Positions 1 to 12,228 of a stretch of 64,000 nt of DNA are shown piece after piece. The DNA comes from Octopus vulgaris (lineage: Eukaryota): assembly GCA_951406725.2 (NCBI GenBank), contig OX597837.1, forward strand, positions 34,968,001-35,032,000, read 5' to 3'. The first letter of the stretch is position 1. Every line of letters starts with the position of its first letter. The position numbers were made by a program, and so were the translations under genes. The notes under the pieces were generated by a model. The model was not told the DNA's origin, ran no database searches, and saw only the letters and a list, made by a program, of their open reading frames with translations.

Positions 1-182
1 AAAATCAAGTGAAATTAATAAGAATGGAAATGAAATAACAACTGCAATAGTCTTAAGGAGTAGAATTAGATTAGGTAATCTAATCATCATTAACACTGGG
101 ATATGTCATCACTTTCAGCATTATCATCGCCACCTCTGTCATCAATGTGACCATCATCACCGTCAACATTGCTACCATCTCT

Positions 183-392
183 TTCTTTTATTTTCTACTC
201 TAAGCACAAGGCTCGAAATTTTTGGGGAGGGGGCCAATCAATTAGATCAACCCCAGTATGCAACTGGTACTTAATTTATCAACCCTGAAAGGATAAAAGG
301 CAAAGTCGACCTTGGCGGAATTTGAACTCAGAATGTAAAGACAGATGAAATACTGCTAAGCATTTCACCCAGCGTGCTGACGTTTCTGCCAC
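183..392 (-). mobile_element. tRNA-derived SINE, family A (central GCCTTTCATCCTTTC..GATAAATTAAGTACCAG domain, Meta-domain-like)
   Basis: Matches the copies at 24141-24354 and 24684-24908. The minus strand has a B-box-like GAGTTCAAATTCC. CCATCTCT occurs on both sides and may be a TSD. Confidence 0.8.
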
Positions 393-714
393 CATCTCTG
401 TCATCGCTATTATGCTCCTTGTTAGTACTACAACCATTCTATCACAACCACCACCACCACCACCATCAACATAAGCAGCAGCAGTGTCATTTTCTCCCAC
501 TTCCACTCCACCACCTACATAATCATCATCATCATTGTCAACATAATTCTAAGCTTCATCACCATCCTTGCCATCACTTCCACCATCATCACCCACATAC
601 AATCATTCCATCATCATCATCATCAACATAGGCATCAAATAGTCAGCCCCTCCACCACCATCCCAACACATATCAAGTTAAATCGCAATAGTTCCATGTT
701 CCTTATCATAAGCT

Positions 715-750
<36 letters not shown>

Positions 751-825
751 TTGCCAACAATAACAGTGACATTCTCCCCCAAACCACCACCATTACATCA
801 TCACCAATACAAGCAACAGCAGCAG

Positions 826-872
826 TAGCAGTGGTGGTGGTGGTGGTTGTAGTAGTAGTAGTATTAGTGGTG

Positions 873-943
<71 letters not shown>

Positions 944-1037
944 GGTGATGGTTGTAGTAGTAGTGGTAGTGGTGGTGGTGGTGGTAGTAGTAGTAGTGGT
1001 GGTGGTTGTAGTAGTAGTATTAGTGGTGGTGGTGGTG

Positions 1038-1078
<41 letters not shown>

Positions 1079-1094
1079 GGTGGAGGTAGTGGTG

Positions 1095-1139
<45 letters not shown>

Positions 1140-1140
1140 A
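826..1140. repeat. (GTA/GTG)n compound trinucleotide microsatellite within a (CAT/CAC)n low-complexity region
   Basis: Direct reading. It produces the poly-V and poly-P/L ORF artefacts. Confidence 0.95.
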
Positions 1141-1335
1141 CGACACTACTACTACCATCACCACCATTGTTATTGATGTAGCTACAAGTTTCTTTTCTGT
1201 TTTTTTTTTTTTTCTTCTTTGTTCCATAATCTCCAGTAAATATCCTGAGAATCTTTCAGAGGAAATATGTTTGTTGGAATAATGGTAGAACTAAGATATA
1301 TGTGTTGGCAGAATCGTAAACAAAGAATTAATAAA

Positions 1336-1369
<34 letters not shown>

Positions 1370-1917
1370 GCACACCATTATCAGAAGTTGGATATAGAGT
1401 AAACAACTTACTTAAACACATACATTAAATATTTAATTATATATCGTCATTCTTATTTTAACATCCACTTTTCCATGCCTGCATGGGTTGGATGGGATTC
1501 ACAGATGCAGGTTCTCCCCAGCCTGATGCCCTTCTTGTCACCAATCCTCACCTGTTTCCAAGCAAAGTAATATTTCCTCATGACCAAACATGTTTCCCCA
1601 AAATACTAGAAATGAACGACACTGCTTGTATGACAGTGACACTCATTTACAACTATCACAAAATATCAAGACAAGGAGACACTAACACACACACATACTC
1701 AATGGGCTCCTTTCAGTTTGTCTATCAAATCCACTCGCAAGTCTTCTTACTATAATTGCGGCTGGCCCAGGGCTGTAGTAAAATCCACTTACCCAAAGTG
1801 CCATGCAGTAGGACTGAAACCAAAACCATGCAGCTCATTTTAAAATGAGAAGTTTTGTATAAAAACCAGATTGGTCTTTATCAAAAGGCTTTTCATCTGC
1901 CGACTTGCCCCAGCCCA

Positions 1918-3850
1918 CATCATCATCATCATTTAACATCTGTTTACCATGGGTTGAATGGGTTGATAGGATCCAGTGAGGCACAGGGCAGTGCTGAGGT
2001 CCATTGTCAGCTTTGATATGATTTCTATAGCTGGATATTCTTCCTAACATCAACCACTATACATATTTCTTTATTACCCACAAGGGGCTAAACATAGAGG
2101 GGACAAACAAGGACAGACATAGGTATTAAGTCGATTACATCGACCCCAGTGCGTAACTGGTACTTAATTTATCGATCCCGAAAGGATGAAAGACAAAGTC
2201 GACATCGGCAGAATTTGAACTCAGAATGTAACTGCCGACAAAATACCTATTTCTATTTCTTTATTACCCACAAGGGGCTAAACACAGAGGGGACAAACAA
2301 GGACAGACATAGGTATTAAGTCGATTACATCGACCCCCAGTGCGTAACTGGTACTTAATTTATTGATCCCCGAAAGGATGAAAGGCAAAGTCAACCTCGG
2401 CGGAATTTGAACTCAGAATGTAACTGCCGACAAAATACCTATTTCTTTATTACCCACAAGGGGCTAAACACAGAGGGGACAAACAAGGACAGACATAGGT
2501 ATTAAGTCGATTACATCGACCCCAGTGCGTAACTAGTACTTAATTTATCGATCCCGAAAGGATGAAAGGCAAAGTCGACCTCGGCGGAATTTGAACTCAG
2601 AATGTAACTGCCGACAAAATACCTATTTCTATTTCTTTATTACCCACAAGGGGCTAAACACAGAGGGGACAAACAAGGACAGACATAGGTAATAAGTCAA
2701 TTACATCGACTCAGTGCGTAACTGGTACTTAATTTATCGATCCCGAAAGGATGAAAAGTAAAGTCGACCTCGGCGGAATTTAAACTCAGAATGTAACTGC
2801 CGACAAAATACCTATTTCTATTTCTTTATTACCCACAAGGGGCTAAACACAGAGGGGACAAACAAGGACAGACATAGGTAATAAGTCAATTACATCGACC
2901 CCAGTGCGTAACTGGTACTTAATTTATCGATCCCGAAAGGATGAAAAGCAAAGTCAACCTCGGCGGAATTTAAACTCAGAATGTAACTGCCGACAAAATA
3001 CCTATTTCTATTTCTTTATTACCCACAAGGGGCTAAACACAGAGGGGACAAACAAGGACAGACATAGGTAATAAGTCAATTACATCGACCCCAGTGCGTA
3101 ACTGGTACTTAATTTATCGATCCCGAAAGGATGAAAAGTAAAGTCGACCTCGGCGGAATTTAAACTCAGAATGTAACTGCCGACAAAATACCTATTTCTA
3201 TTTCTTTATTACCCACAAGGGGCTAAACACAGAGGAGACAAACAAGGACAGACATAGGTAATAAGTCGATTACATCGACCCCCAGTGCGTAACTGGTACT
3301 TAATTTATTGATCCCCGAAAGGATGAAAGGCAAAGTCGACCTCGGCGGAATTTGAACTCAGAATGTAACTGCCGACAAAATACCTATTTCTTTATTACCC
3401 ACAAGGGGCTAAACATAGAGGGGACAAACAAGGACAGACATAGGTATTAAGTCGATTACATCGACCCCAGTGCGTAACTGGTACTTAATTTATCGATCCC
3501 GAAAGGATGAAAAGTAAAGTCGACCTCGGCGGAATTTGAACTCACAACGTAACGCAGACGAAATACGGCTACGCATTTCGCCTGGCATGCTAACGTTTCT
3601 GCCAGCTCGCCGACAAAATACTGCTAAGCATTTCACCCTGCGTGCCAAAGTTTCTGCCAGTTCTAGTAAGTACTGAGTGCTCTTTGTTTGTGCCACCAGC
3701 ACCTGTGAAGTCACCGAGTAACTAGCAAAACAGGTAAAGAAAAATGAAAAAGCCCTGCCAACTAAGTGTGGAGGAGGCAGGGAGTATGTAACAAGGGGGG
3801 TAGTGGCTTTATGCCAGATGTTGAGAGGTTAATGTATGATGAAGAGGGAC
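1918..3850 (-). mobile_element. Old element with an RTE-type (GAT)n tail, interrupted by the family A SINE array
   Basis: The tail CATCATCATTTAACATC...CCATGGGTTG starts at 1918. The consensus breaks at 'accactatac' (~2062) and resumes near 3665 (gtactgagtgctc...gccaccagcac), as in the uninterrupted copy at 52335-52800. Confidence 0.6.
2065..3663 (-). repeat. Tandem array of 8 near-identical 186-190 bp units, each the 3' part of a family A SINE, ending in one SINE head plus a second head fragment
   Basis: TACCCACAAGGGG recurs at about 2075, 2265, 2451, 2641, 2830, 3020, 3210 and 3396. The unit matches the single SINEs at 48230-48458 and 52890-53117. Confidence 0.95.
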
Positions 3851-5449
3851 AAACCTGATGAATACAAAAATCAACACAAGCATGACTTGAACTGAGAATA
3901 TAAAAGAATATTGGCACCTAAATGCTGTAAGCCACAGATACACAGTTTCAAAACAGAACAGAACATCACAGCACATCACCATTTCTATCAGCTTTAGGAA
4001 GTATTGATTGAAAGATTGTTAAAATATAAACATGGAGTAAAAGTTGCTAATTATTTCATAGCAAGGGGTCAACATGAGATAAGCTAAGTAGAGTGCATAA
4101 CTTAACGAAGGCTAGTAAAATACACACACATACATGCTCACCAATACACTTAACACAATCATGGCTTTTAACAAGTTAATGACAGTTCTGGGGTCGTTTT
4201 TTCTTCCTTTTATGCCTGTGTGTGTATGTGCGTGGACGTTTTTGTGTTCTGTTCTCTTTCTTAATCCTGCTCCATTAGCCACATTTAACCACTTTAACCC
4301 ATCACTTTTCGGTTGACTATGATCTTTACAAAAAAAAAAAAACAAAAAAACAACCAGATAAATTTACTACGAAAAAAAACAAGAAAAATGTTAAAGAAAA
4401 TATATAAATGCCTACTAAGATATTTCCATTCTCAATTCACTCGACCTGTACCCCAACCTGGCCTACTCCCACCCACTCACAGACTCACTTTCTCTCTTTG
4501 TATTTAATACAACGAATGAGAGATCTAACAGATAAACAAACAAAAAAAAAGATTAAAATTGCCAAGAATTATTGTATAACAATTTCCAAGTTTGGCCCTT
4601 TTGCTTGTAGGAAATTTTTATTATTATTATTATTATTATTTTTTTTTTAATTCATGCTAGGTTGGTTCTTCTCTTTGCTTTGTATTTTTTTTGTTTTATT
4701 TCATTTTTCTTTTTAAAGAGGGGAGAAATATCATTATTATTGTTGTTGTTGTTGTTATTATTTTCATTCTGTTTTTCTTTATTTCCTATTGGATTTTGTT
4801 TTTGTTGTTTTTTTCTTTGCTGTTTCATCGTTCAAAGTCATCGTTCAAAGAGAACATGTTTACCATGAAAGTGAAACAAACTAATAAAAAAAAAAAATAG
4901 TGAAAAACTAACTAATAAAAAAAAAAGTGAAAACTAGTAAAAAAAAAAGAACCTAAAACGCTAAGTCCATAAATAATATTGCTTTATTTTGTAATTTTAG
5001 TTGGTGTTTGTTATTTTTTTTTCTTTTTAAAGAGGAAATAAATAAATAAATAAATAAATACATTCATAACTGAGACAACAGCAACAACAGCAACAAAGAA
5101 AGATGGGGAGAAGGGGGGGGAGGTTATAAGGCCTTTTTTTTTTAACAAAAACTTTCAAATATTAAAAACCTACTCAAGAAAATTATTGTTCTTAAAAGTC
5201 TCATCCTACAACAACAATAACGTCAGCAACAAATGAAAATAATCTCTTTAAAAACAAAGGAAATAAGAAAGTTGAAAGAATCTAATAGAAATAATAGAGA
5301 GAAAGAATAGAATAAAAAATTGGTAAGAAACTATGGCCATAACTATTGTAAAGGACAGATGGGAAGGACAGACAGACAGGAAGTTATTGGAAGAATAGAA
5401 TGAATAGGAAAGACAGATAGAAAGAATATGAAGGAAGAAAAGTGAGGAT

Positions 5450-6580
5450 GGACATATGGGAAGTACTGGAAGGACAGAACGAACAGAAAGGATAGACAGA
5501 AAGAACATAATAGAAGGATAGAAAGGAAGGACATATGGGAAGTATTGCAAGGACAGAATGAATGAAAGGATAGACAGAAATAACATAATGGAAGGATAGA
5601 AAGGAAGGACATATGGGAAGTATTGCAAGGACAGAATGAATGAAAGGATAGACAGAAATAACATAATGGAAGGATAGAAAGGAAGGACATATGGGAAGTA
5701 TTGCAAGGACAGAACAAACAGAAAGGATAGACAGAAATAACATAATGGAAGGATAGAAAGGAAGGACATATGGGAAGTATTGGAAGGACAGAACAAACAG
5801 AAAGGATAGACAGAAAGAACATAATGGAAGGATAGAAAGGAAGGACATATGGGAAGTATTGCAAGGACAGAATGAATGAAAGGATAGACAGAAATAACAT
5901 AATAGAAGGATAGAAAGGAAGGACATATGGGAAGTATTGGAAGGACAGAACAAACAGAAAGGATAGACAGAAAGAACATAATGGAAGGATAGAAAGGAAG
6001 GACATATGGGAAGTATTGCAAGGACAGAATGAATGAAAGGATAGACAGAAATAACATAATGGAAGGATAGAAAGGAAGGACATATGGGAAGTATTGGAAG
6101 GACAGAACAAACAGAAAGGATAGACAGAAAGAATATAATGGAAGGATAGAAAGGAAGGACATATGGGAAGTATTGCAAGGACAGAATGAATGAAAGGATA
6201 GACAGAAATAACATAATAGAAGGATAGAAAGGAAGGACATATGGGAAGTATTGGAAGGACAGAACAAACAGAAAGGATAGACAGAAATAATGTAATGGAA
6301 GGATAGAAAGGAAGGACATATGGGAAGTATTGGAAGGACAGAACAAACAGAAAGGATAGACAGAAAGAACATAATGGAAGGATAGAAAGGAAGGACATAT
6401 GGGAAGTATTGGAAGGACAGAATGAATGAAAGGATAGACAGAAATAACATAATAGAAGGATAGAAAGGAAGGACATATGGGAAGTATTGGAAGGACAGAA
6501 CAAACAGAAAGGATAGACAGAAATAATGTAATGGAAGGATAGAAAGGAAGGACATATGGGAAGTATTGGAAAGACAGAAA
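5450..6580. repeat. Purine-rich minisatellite, 14 full units of 78/79 bp
   Basis: GGACATATGGGAAGTA recurs at about 5450, 5529, 5607, 5685, 5764, 5843, 5921, 6000, 6078, 6157, 6235, 6314, 6393, 6471 and 6550. Confidence 0.95.
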
Positions 6581-7165
6581 AGACAAAATGGATGGATATA
6601 AAGGACTGAGAGAAGATACAGAGAAAAGAACAGAAAAGATGGATAGAAAAAGAAACAGGACAGTATGAAAGGATAGAAAGAGAGGTTGGAAAAGGAAGGA
6701 CAGAAAAGAATAGGAAGCAAGGAAAGTAAACAGTGAAAGAAAAGGAATCGAACACACAATCTCAGAATCGTGAGTGCAACACCTTAACCACTGAGCCATA
6801 TGTAACAATAACTACAATAATAAGGATCATTACGAAAGTGCATAGTTCAATCCTTTCTGCTGAAGAGCATAAACATGTTACGCTCATAAATTATAGGTAA
6901 AGACAATGATAAAGAGAAGTTTATCAGGTATCATTTTCTCTTTCCTTTATGTGTGTGTGTGTGTGTGTGTGTAATCCAAACAATAAGATAAAGAAAATTC
7001 TTTAACACATTTTTAATGATTTGTTGCAATTGTTTCTGTACCAACACTATTTGCAAAAATTTATGTAATGTTTGCAGTTTTAGACATCAGAGAGGCACTT
7101 CATCAGACTTGCATCAAAGGTGTACTGTCATATTGTGCGTCTTTCGGACCTTATGTTTTGGCTTT

Positions 7166-7230
<65 letters not shown>

Positions 7231-7319
7231 TTCAAAATGATACAAAAAAAAAAGACACAGATAGATAAGGAAACATCAAACAGTGTGTTAGTTTGACATT
7301 CAGGAAGAACGGAAAAAAT

Positions 7320-7355
7320 CTTTAATGTTTCGAGCCTACATCATTCTACAGAAAG
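7320..7355 (-). ncRNA. Degenerate minimal type I hammerhead-like motif (CUGUAGA variant) in a short element between (TA)n tracts
   Basis: Minus strand reads CTTT-CTGTAGA-ATGATGTAGGCTC-GAAAC-ATT-AAAG, with stem I CTTT/AAAG. Same core as 16537-16572. Confidence 0.4.
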
Positions 7356-7562
7356 GAATGGGAAGAGAAAACACTACATTTTTTACTAATGTACTTTTAA
7401 ACATGCCAATTATATATATATATATATTACAGAGATGTACTTGCATAGTAAGTGATTTGATCTGAGATTGTGTGCTGAAACGAAAATAATTGCAGCGTGG
7501 AAGGTGTTTGTAAGCCATTTAAGAAACACACAAAAGCTGTTCGATTCACTTCAACATTTAAG

Positions 7563-7601
<39 letters not shown>

Positions 7602-8199
7602 GCACACACATATGGTATGTCCAAAATGGAGATGAACACCATTCCTCCATGTGATCAGCTTGAAAAATTGTTAAGATATTAAAATAGTTTCAAGACATGA
7701 TAGTCTTAATACACAAGTAAAAAAATTTTATCCACCAATGTGGTGTTGGGCACTTATTCTCATTGCTTGACATTTATATATGCACACATACACACACACA
7801 CACACACATATATATTACTGTTTTTACATACATATAATTATACATATAGTGATTTTATATATATGTTCTTACATGCATTACAGCAATGAGCATTGATTGA
7901 CTAATGATTGTATTTAGATCATTTGAACATGCCATGACCAGCAAAATTTCAAAGTCACTATCAGTAAAAAAAAAAAAAATCATCATTTATCTTGGAAGTA
8001 AACACTTCACTAATTGTTACTCTGAGTTACACATAATTCATTTTTATGTAGAGACTCAAAACACGAAAACCAGAGAATTCTTTTGTGAAGTCCTCATCTT
8101 CCAATAAACATGATCATGGAAAAAAAAAAGACATTTTTTTGCTTCTTGTACAAACAATTCTTTGTACCACAGCACACACACACATACATACCTATAGAC

Positions 8200-8239
<40 letters not shown>

Positions 8240-8351
8240 ATGTATGTGTATATATACACACACACATATTTACATACATATACATAACACATGTACATAC
8301 ACACACATACAAACACACACATATATATATATATATATAAGTAGGTATGTG

Positions 8352-8385
<34 letters not shown>

Positions 8386-9264
8386 TATTTACATACATAT
8401 ACATAACACATGTACATATATATATATATATATATATATACAGACATTCATATCTACATATAGACAGACAGATAGATACACATATACACATATGTACACA
8501 CACGCAAATAATAACACACACTTTGCACGTATGTTGGTATAAATGTCTGTAAGTGTGTATGGTGTGGGGTGTTGGGCAAGAGTGTGTATATATCCAAAGA
8601 CTTTCCTAACATCAGTAGCTGACTTTTAGACTTAATACAACTCAGACATTAGAAAGTTCTCCACAGAATTAAACAAGAGGAAATGTCAGCATCACATCAA
8701 AAGACTTCAGTATCTTTGTGTCTCTGTGGTCTAAGGTGGACAGTGGCCAGTAGACAATGGCCACAGTGGATAGTGGCAGATGGACAGACGTTAGGATATT
8801 AGAATCTATAAACCCAAAGTTCTCTAACAATAAACCTTGTCACATTATGAAATATTACTGACCTCTTCAGCTTCCATCCACAAATTCTCCCTCCACCGCA
8901 TCCTCCAAGATGACAAGAATTGGCCTTTCAAAGAAAAACTCCCTCAAAACACTTTGTTACAACAAACTGTGATGGTTATTTACTCTGTTCCTCTTACTTT
9001 TTCCCATTTTTCCTCCCCCTTTTTCTTTTGTGGTGGGGAGGAAACTTTTTTGGTATTTATTCTTTGAAAAGTTCTAATTTGAAGTTTATTGCATGTTTAC
9101 TATATTAATTTTAAGAAATGATTTTAGCAATTTCTAAAGTTTAATCAAAATTTTTATTTGATGCTGATTGAATCTGCGCTTGCGTGGAAGATTTGAAAAA
9201 TTATAATATAAGGATGAGACATGAGTTATATGGTCTCTAATTTATATGTTAATGCTTTGGCGTA

Positions 9265-9325
9265 TTAGCTGATGAGAACTTCACCTTGCAAATTATTTTA
9301 TTTTTCGAAAGCTGTGGTCCAGCTG
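9265..9325 (+). ncRNA. Degenerate type I hammerhead-like motif in a probable Penelope-like 3' fragment ending in (TA)n
   Basis: CTGATGA at 9269-9275, stem II closed by GAA/TTC, GAAA at 9307-9310 and GTC at 9317-9319. Stems I and III are mismatched. Confidence 0.4.
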
Positions 9326-9709
9326 TAAAACATGGTAAATGCTTTTATTTTTCATTCCCTTCGAAATTGCTCTTAACTGTGGTTTGGACTTTTTGACTGT
9401 TCTTTCTAGTGTTTTAGGCAACCTGTTATGGCTCGCCTCTTTGTGTTTAAATGTACACTAATTTATATATGTATATATATATATTTATATGTAAAATAGT
9501 ACCCAGCATACTCTGTTAAGTGGCTGGTGTTAAGAAGAGCATCCAGCCATAGAAACCATATCACAACAGACAATTACAGTCTGAACAGCTCCCCAGCAAG
9601 CCAGCTCCATGTCAAACCATCCAACCCATGTCAGCATTGAAAACAGATGTTAAACAATGATGATGATATATATATATATATATATATATACAATTATCAT
9701 CACTTATAA

Positions 9710-9740
<31 letters not shown>

Positions 9741-10036
9741 AAGAGAGAGAGAGAAAGAAAGAGAAGATTAGTAAAATGAATAGGAGACAAAGAACTCAAT
9801 ACATGTTTGTCTACATTTATTTTTAGATAAGCAAAATGTTGTTAAAGTAGCTCAAGGACTGAGAAATCCATTCATGGCACATATAAAAACTTACACACAC
9901 ATGCACATATATATAGTATAAAACACAGAAAACATATATAGTATTTTATGCTTTATAAAATATACTTGTGTTTCAGCAAATTAACTGTCGGGATTACGTA
10001 ATTGCTTATTAATTCACCTCTTCAGTGTTTATATAC

Positions 10037-10158
10037 ATTGATAATATTGAGCTGATTGAGACTTCATGTTTTGCCCTTTAATGGCACATTCAGCCAATCT
10101 GGTTGAATAAGCCATTAAGGGTAAAACATGAAGTCCCAATCAACTTGATTTTATCAAT
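10037..10158. repeat. ~120-bp imperfect palindrome whose arms carry a decayed hammerhead-like layout
   Basis: GACTTCATGTTTTGCCC/GGGTAAAACATGAAGTC and TTAATGGC/GCCATTAA are inverted about position ~10099. Confidence 0.8.
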
Positions 10159-11057
10159 AAATTTAACTCTACTAAATGCATAGAGTTCCACCTTCAGAAA
10201 ATGTTTTGTTTTTCAACAAGTTGATCAATAACAGCAAATAATACATTAATACACACACACACAGATTATATAAAAACATATATACACACACATAAATACA
10301 CATACATGCATGTTCATTAAACATATGGTTCTGATTCCATCTACATATTTATTCAGAAATAGAAATGTTGTTACATCAAGAGCAGAACATCTCTTTATCA
10401 TCGTTCAGTTTCTTGTCTCTCCGTTCTTCAAGTGACACATGAAGAAGGTGACGATGGTTCCATTGGAGAGGGAAAAAAAACTTAAGATCAATACACTTCA
10501 GATGTCCCTGTCATTTCCACAAGGCAACATTTCTATATCTTTTCATACACACACATACACACACACACACAAGCTCTTGACTGGACTGTTTTTATTTCAT
10601 ATTAAGTTGACAGCTTGTGAAATATCTGTTAGGTTAGTCTTACGATAATATCATATATCCCTACTTCATATACACACAGACATAATCTGTATCGTTTTAA
10701 TGAAAGCTTTCCCATGGTGACACACACATACATCCATAAACACATGTACATGTGTATATTCTAGTAACCTGAAACTATAGTGTGCATGCAGCAATATACA
10801 TCATCCCTTCCTGTAAACAAATACACACATGTAGTGACATTCAATCCAATACAAGCACATGTAATTTCACACAGACATGAATTCACAAAAAACCCTTAAC
10901 ACATTTAAATGAACATAAATTAACAAACACACATATACACTTTTAAAGGTACTTTAACAAACACACATATACACGTTTAAACTACTTGACAAGCAAACAT
11001 TCACACAAACATAATTACATAAATTGTTTATAAAAATGTACATATACATATATATGT

Positions 11058-11726
11058 ATAAATAAATAAATGGAGTTAAACAAAGGTGTTATTCAAATTC
11101 TTTTACTTCCGACATATGTTTTGAAGACAACATTGGTATTATTGCAAAAGGAATAAAATAGTGTAAACCAATGCAATCTTCTCATCAGGGAAAGAAAGAA
11201 ACCAAACACATCAACAAGATATTTTAACAGAATGTGATGACTGTATATATGATGAAGGTAACGCTATCAAGCTTTTTTTTTAAAAAGCCGTTAGTAGATA
11301 TGTGTACCATTTTATAAAATTCGACCTTTGACTGTCTTCTCACATTGCACTTCCACTAAATATATCTACTTCCATTCCTTTAAGTTTTATTCTAATTTAG
11401 CTATCACTCTATATCACTCCACTATTAGTTTTCTGCTAATTTCTTTCTTTCTCCTTCTCTTTCCATAAATTACCTTTGATGTTATATCTACTAACGGCTT
11501 TTTAAAAACAAAATTGATAGTGTTCCCGGCATCATATATGCTGTCATCACATTCTGCTAAAATGTCTTGTTGATGTGTTTGGTTTCTTTCTTTCCCTGAT
11601 GAGAAGACTGTATTGTTTTACACCATTATATTCCTTCTGGAATAATACCAATGTTGTCTTTGAAACATATGTTGGAAGTAAAAGAATTTGAATAACACCT
11701 GCGTTTAACTTCATTTATTTATTTAT
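11058..11726. mobile_element. Fold-back element: ~240-bp inverted arms (11058-11301 and 11484-11726) around a ~180-bp spacer, each arm carrying a hammerhead motif (Penelope-like architecture)
   Basis: The arms align as reverse complements, for example GGTGTTATTCAAATTCTTTTACTTCC / GGAAGTAAAAGAATTTGAATAACACC. Confidence 0.85.
11592..11677 (+). ncRNA. Type I hammerhead ribozyme motif
   Basis: TTCC-CTGATGA-GAAGAC...GTCTTT-GAAA-CATAT-GTT-GGAA. Stem I is TTCC/GGAA, stem II is GAAGAC/GTCTTT, stem III is the palindrome ACATATGT, and the cleavage triplet is GUU (GUC in the mirror arm). Confidence 0.75.
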
Positions 11727-11887
11727 CTATATTATTATACAAAACATTTCATCTAAACCTGGAATTTCTGCCTTTATAAATAGGCTGTTACATCCTTGTT
11801 ACTTGTGTGAATTTTTGCTACTCTGGTAACTGTTTGATTATTTTTTCTGTGTTATTTGTAAACACTGGGAAAAACACACATACATTA

Positions 11888-12228
11888 TGATGAATGGAGG
11901 CATAACGTCACCAACACTAGTGATCACTCCAAATACCATGATGTTGACCGGATATTTGATTTTTATCACTCTTGGTACATGTCCTCAGATTGCTCTGTCC
12001 TCAGATTGACACCCAAACACTCTGAAATGTTCATAGCACAAATGCCCAGCAGTACAGCATGTCGTTTCCAAATTTCTGGCAGAGTGAATTGTTTCACAGT
12101 GCTGTTTTTCTCACAGATGGTGCCCAACTAACCCTACTATACTATGTAGTTGACAAAATCAAAAACAAACAATGCACATGCATGGAATTAAAAATATAAA
12201 ATGGTGATAATTTACCCATCACACCCTG
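11888..12228 (-). mobile_element. Tc1/mariner superfamily (DD37D/maT-like) relic, 5' end with an internal deletion
   Basis: Ends in ...CACCCTG-TA. The minus-strand GGTGACGTTATGCCTCCATTCATC matches the transposase fragment at ~56190-56220. Confidence 0.65.

Noticed and set aside
374-1227. Poly-His, poly-Val and poly-Pro ORFs (also the Ile/Met/Ser-rich ORFs at 58.7-59.4 kb)
   Set aside because: Trinucleotide microsatellites with no domain or splice support.
2065-3663. CRISPR-like array
   Set aside because: The units are wholly repeated with no unique spacers, match a dispersed SINE, and there are no cas genes. The context is eukaryotic.
5248-6808. 470-503 aa ORFs as membrane-protein genes
   Set aside because: All three frames are open and the 79-bp units shift frame, so the same peptides appear in each ORF. 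Base composition explains it.
6855-6905. Hammerhead at CTGAAGAGC...GCTC
   Set aside because: GAAA is missing after stem II and stem I is not convincing. The same applies to CTGATGA at ~7100 (minus) and ~34638.
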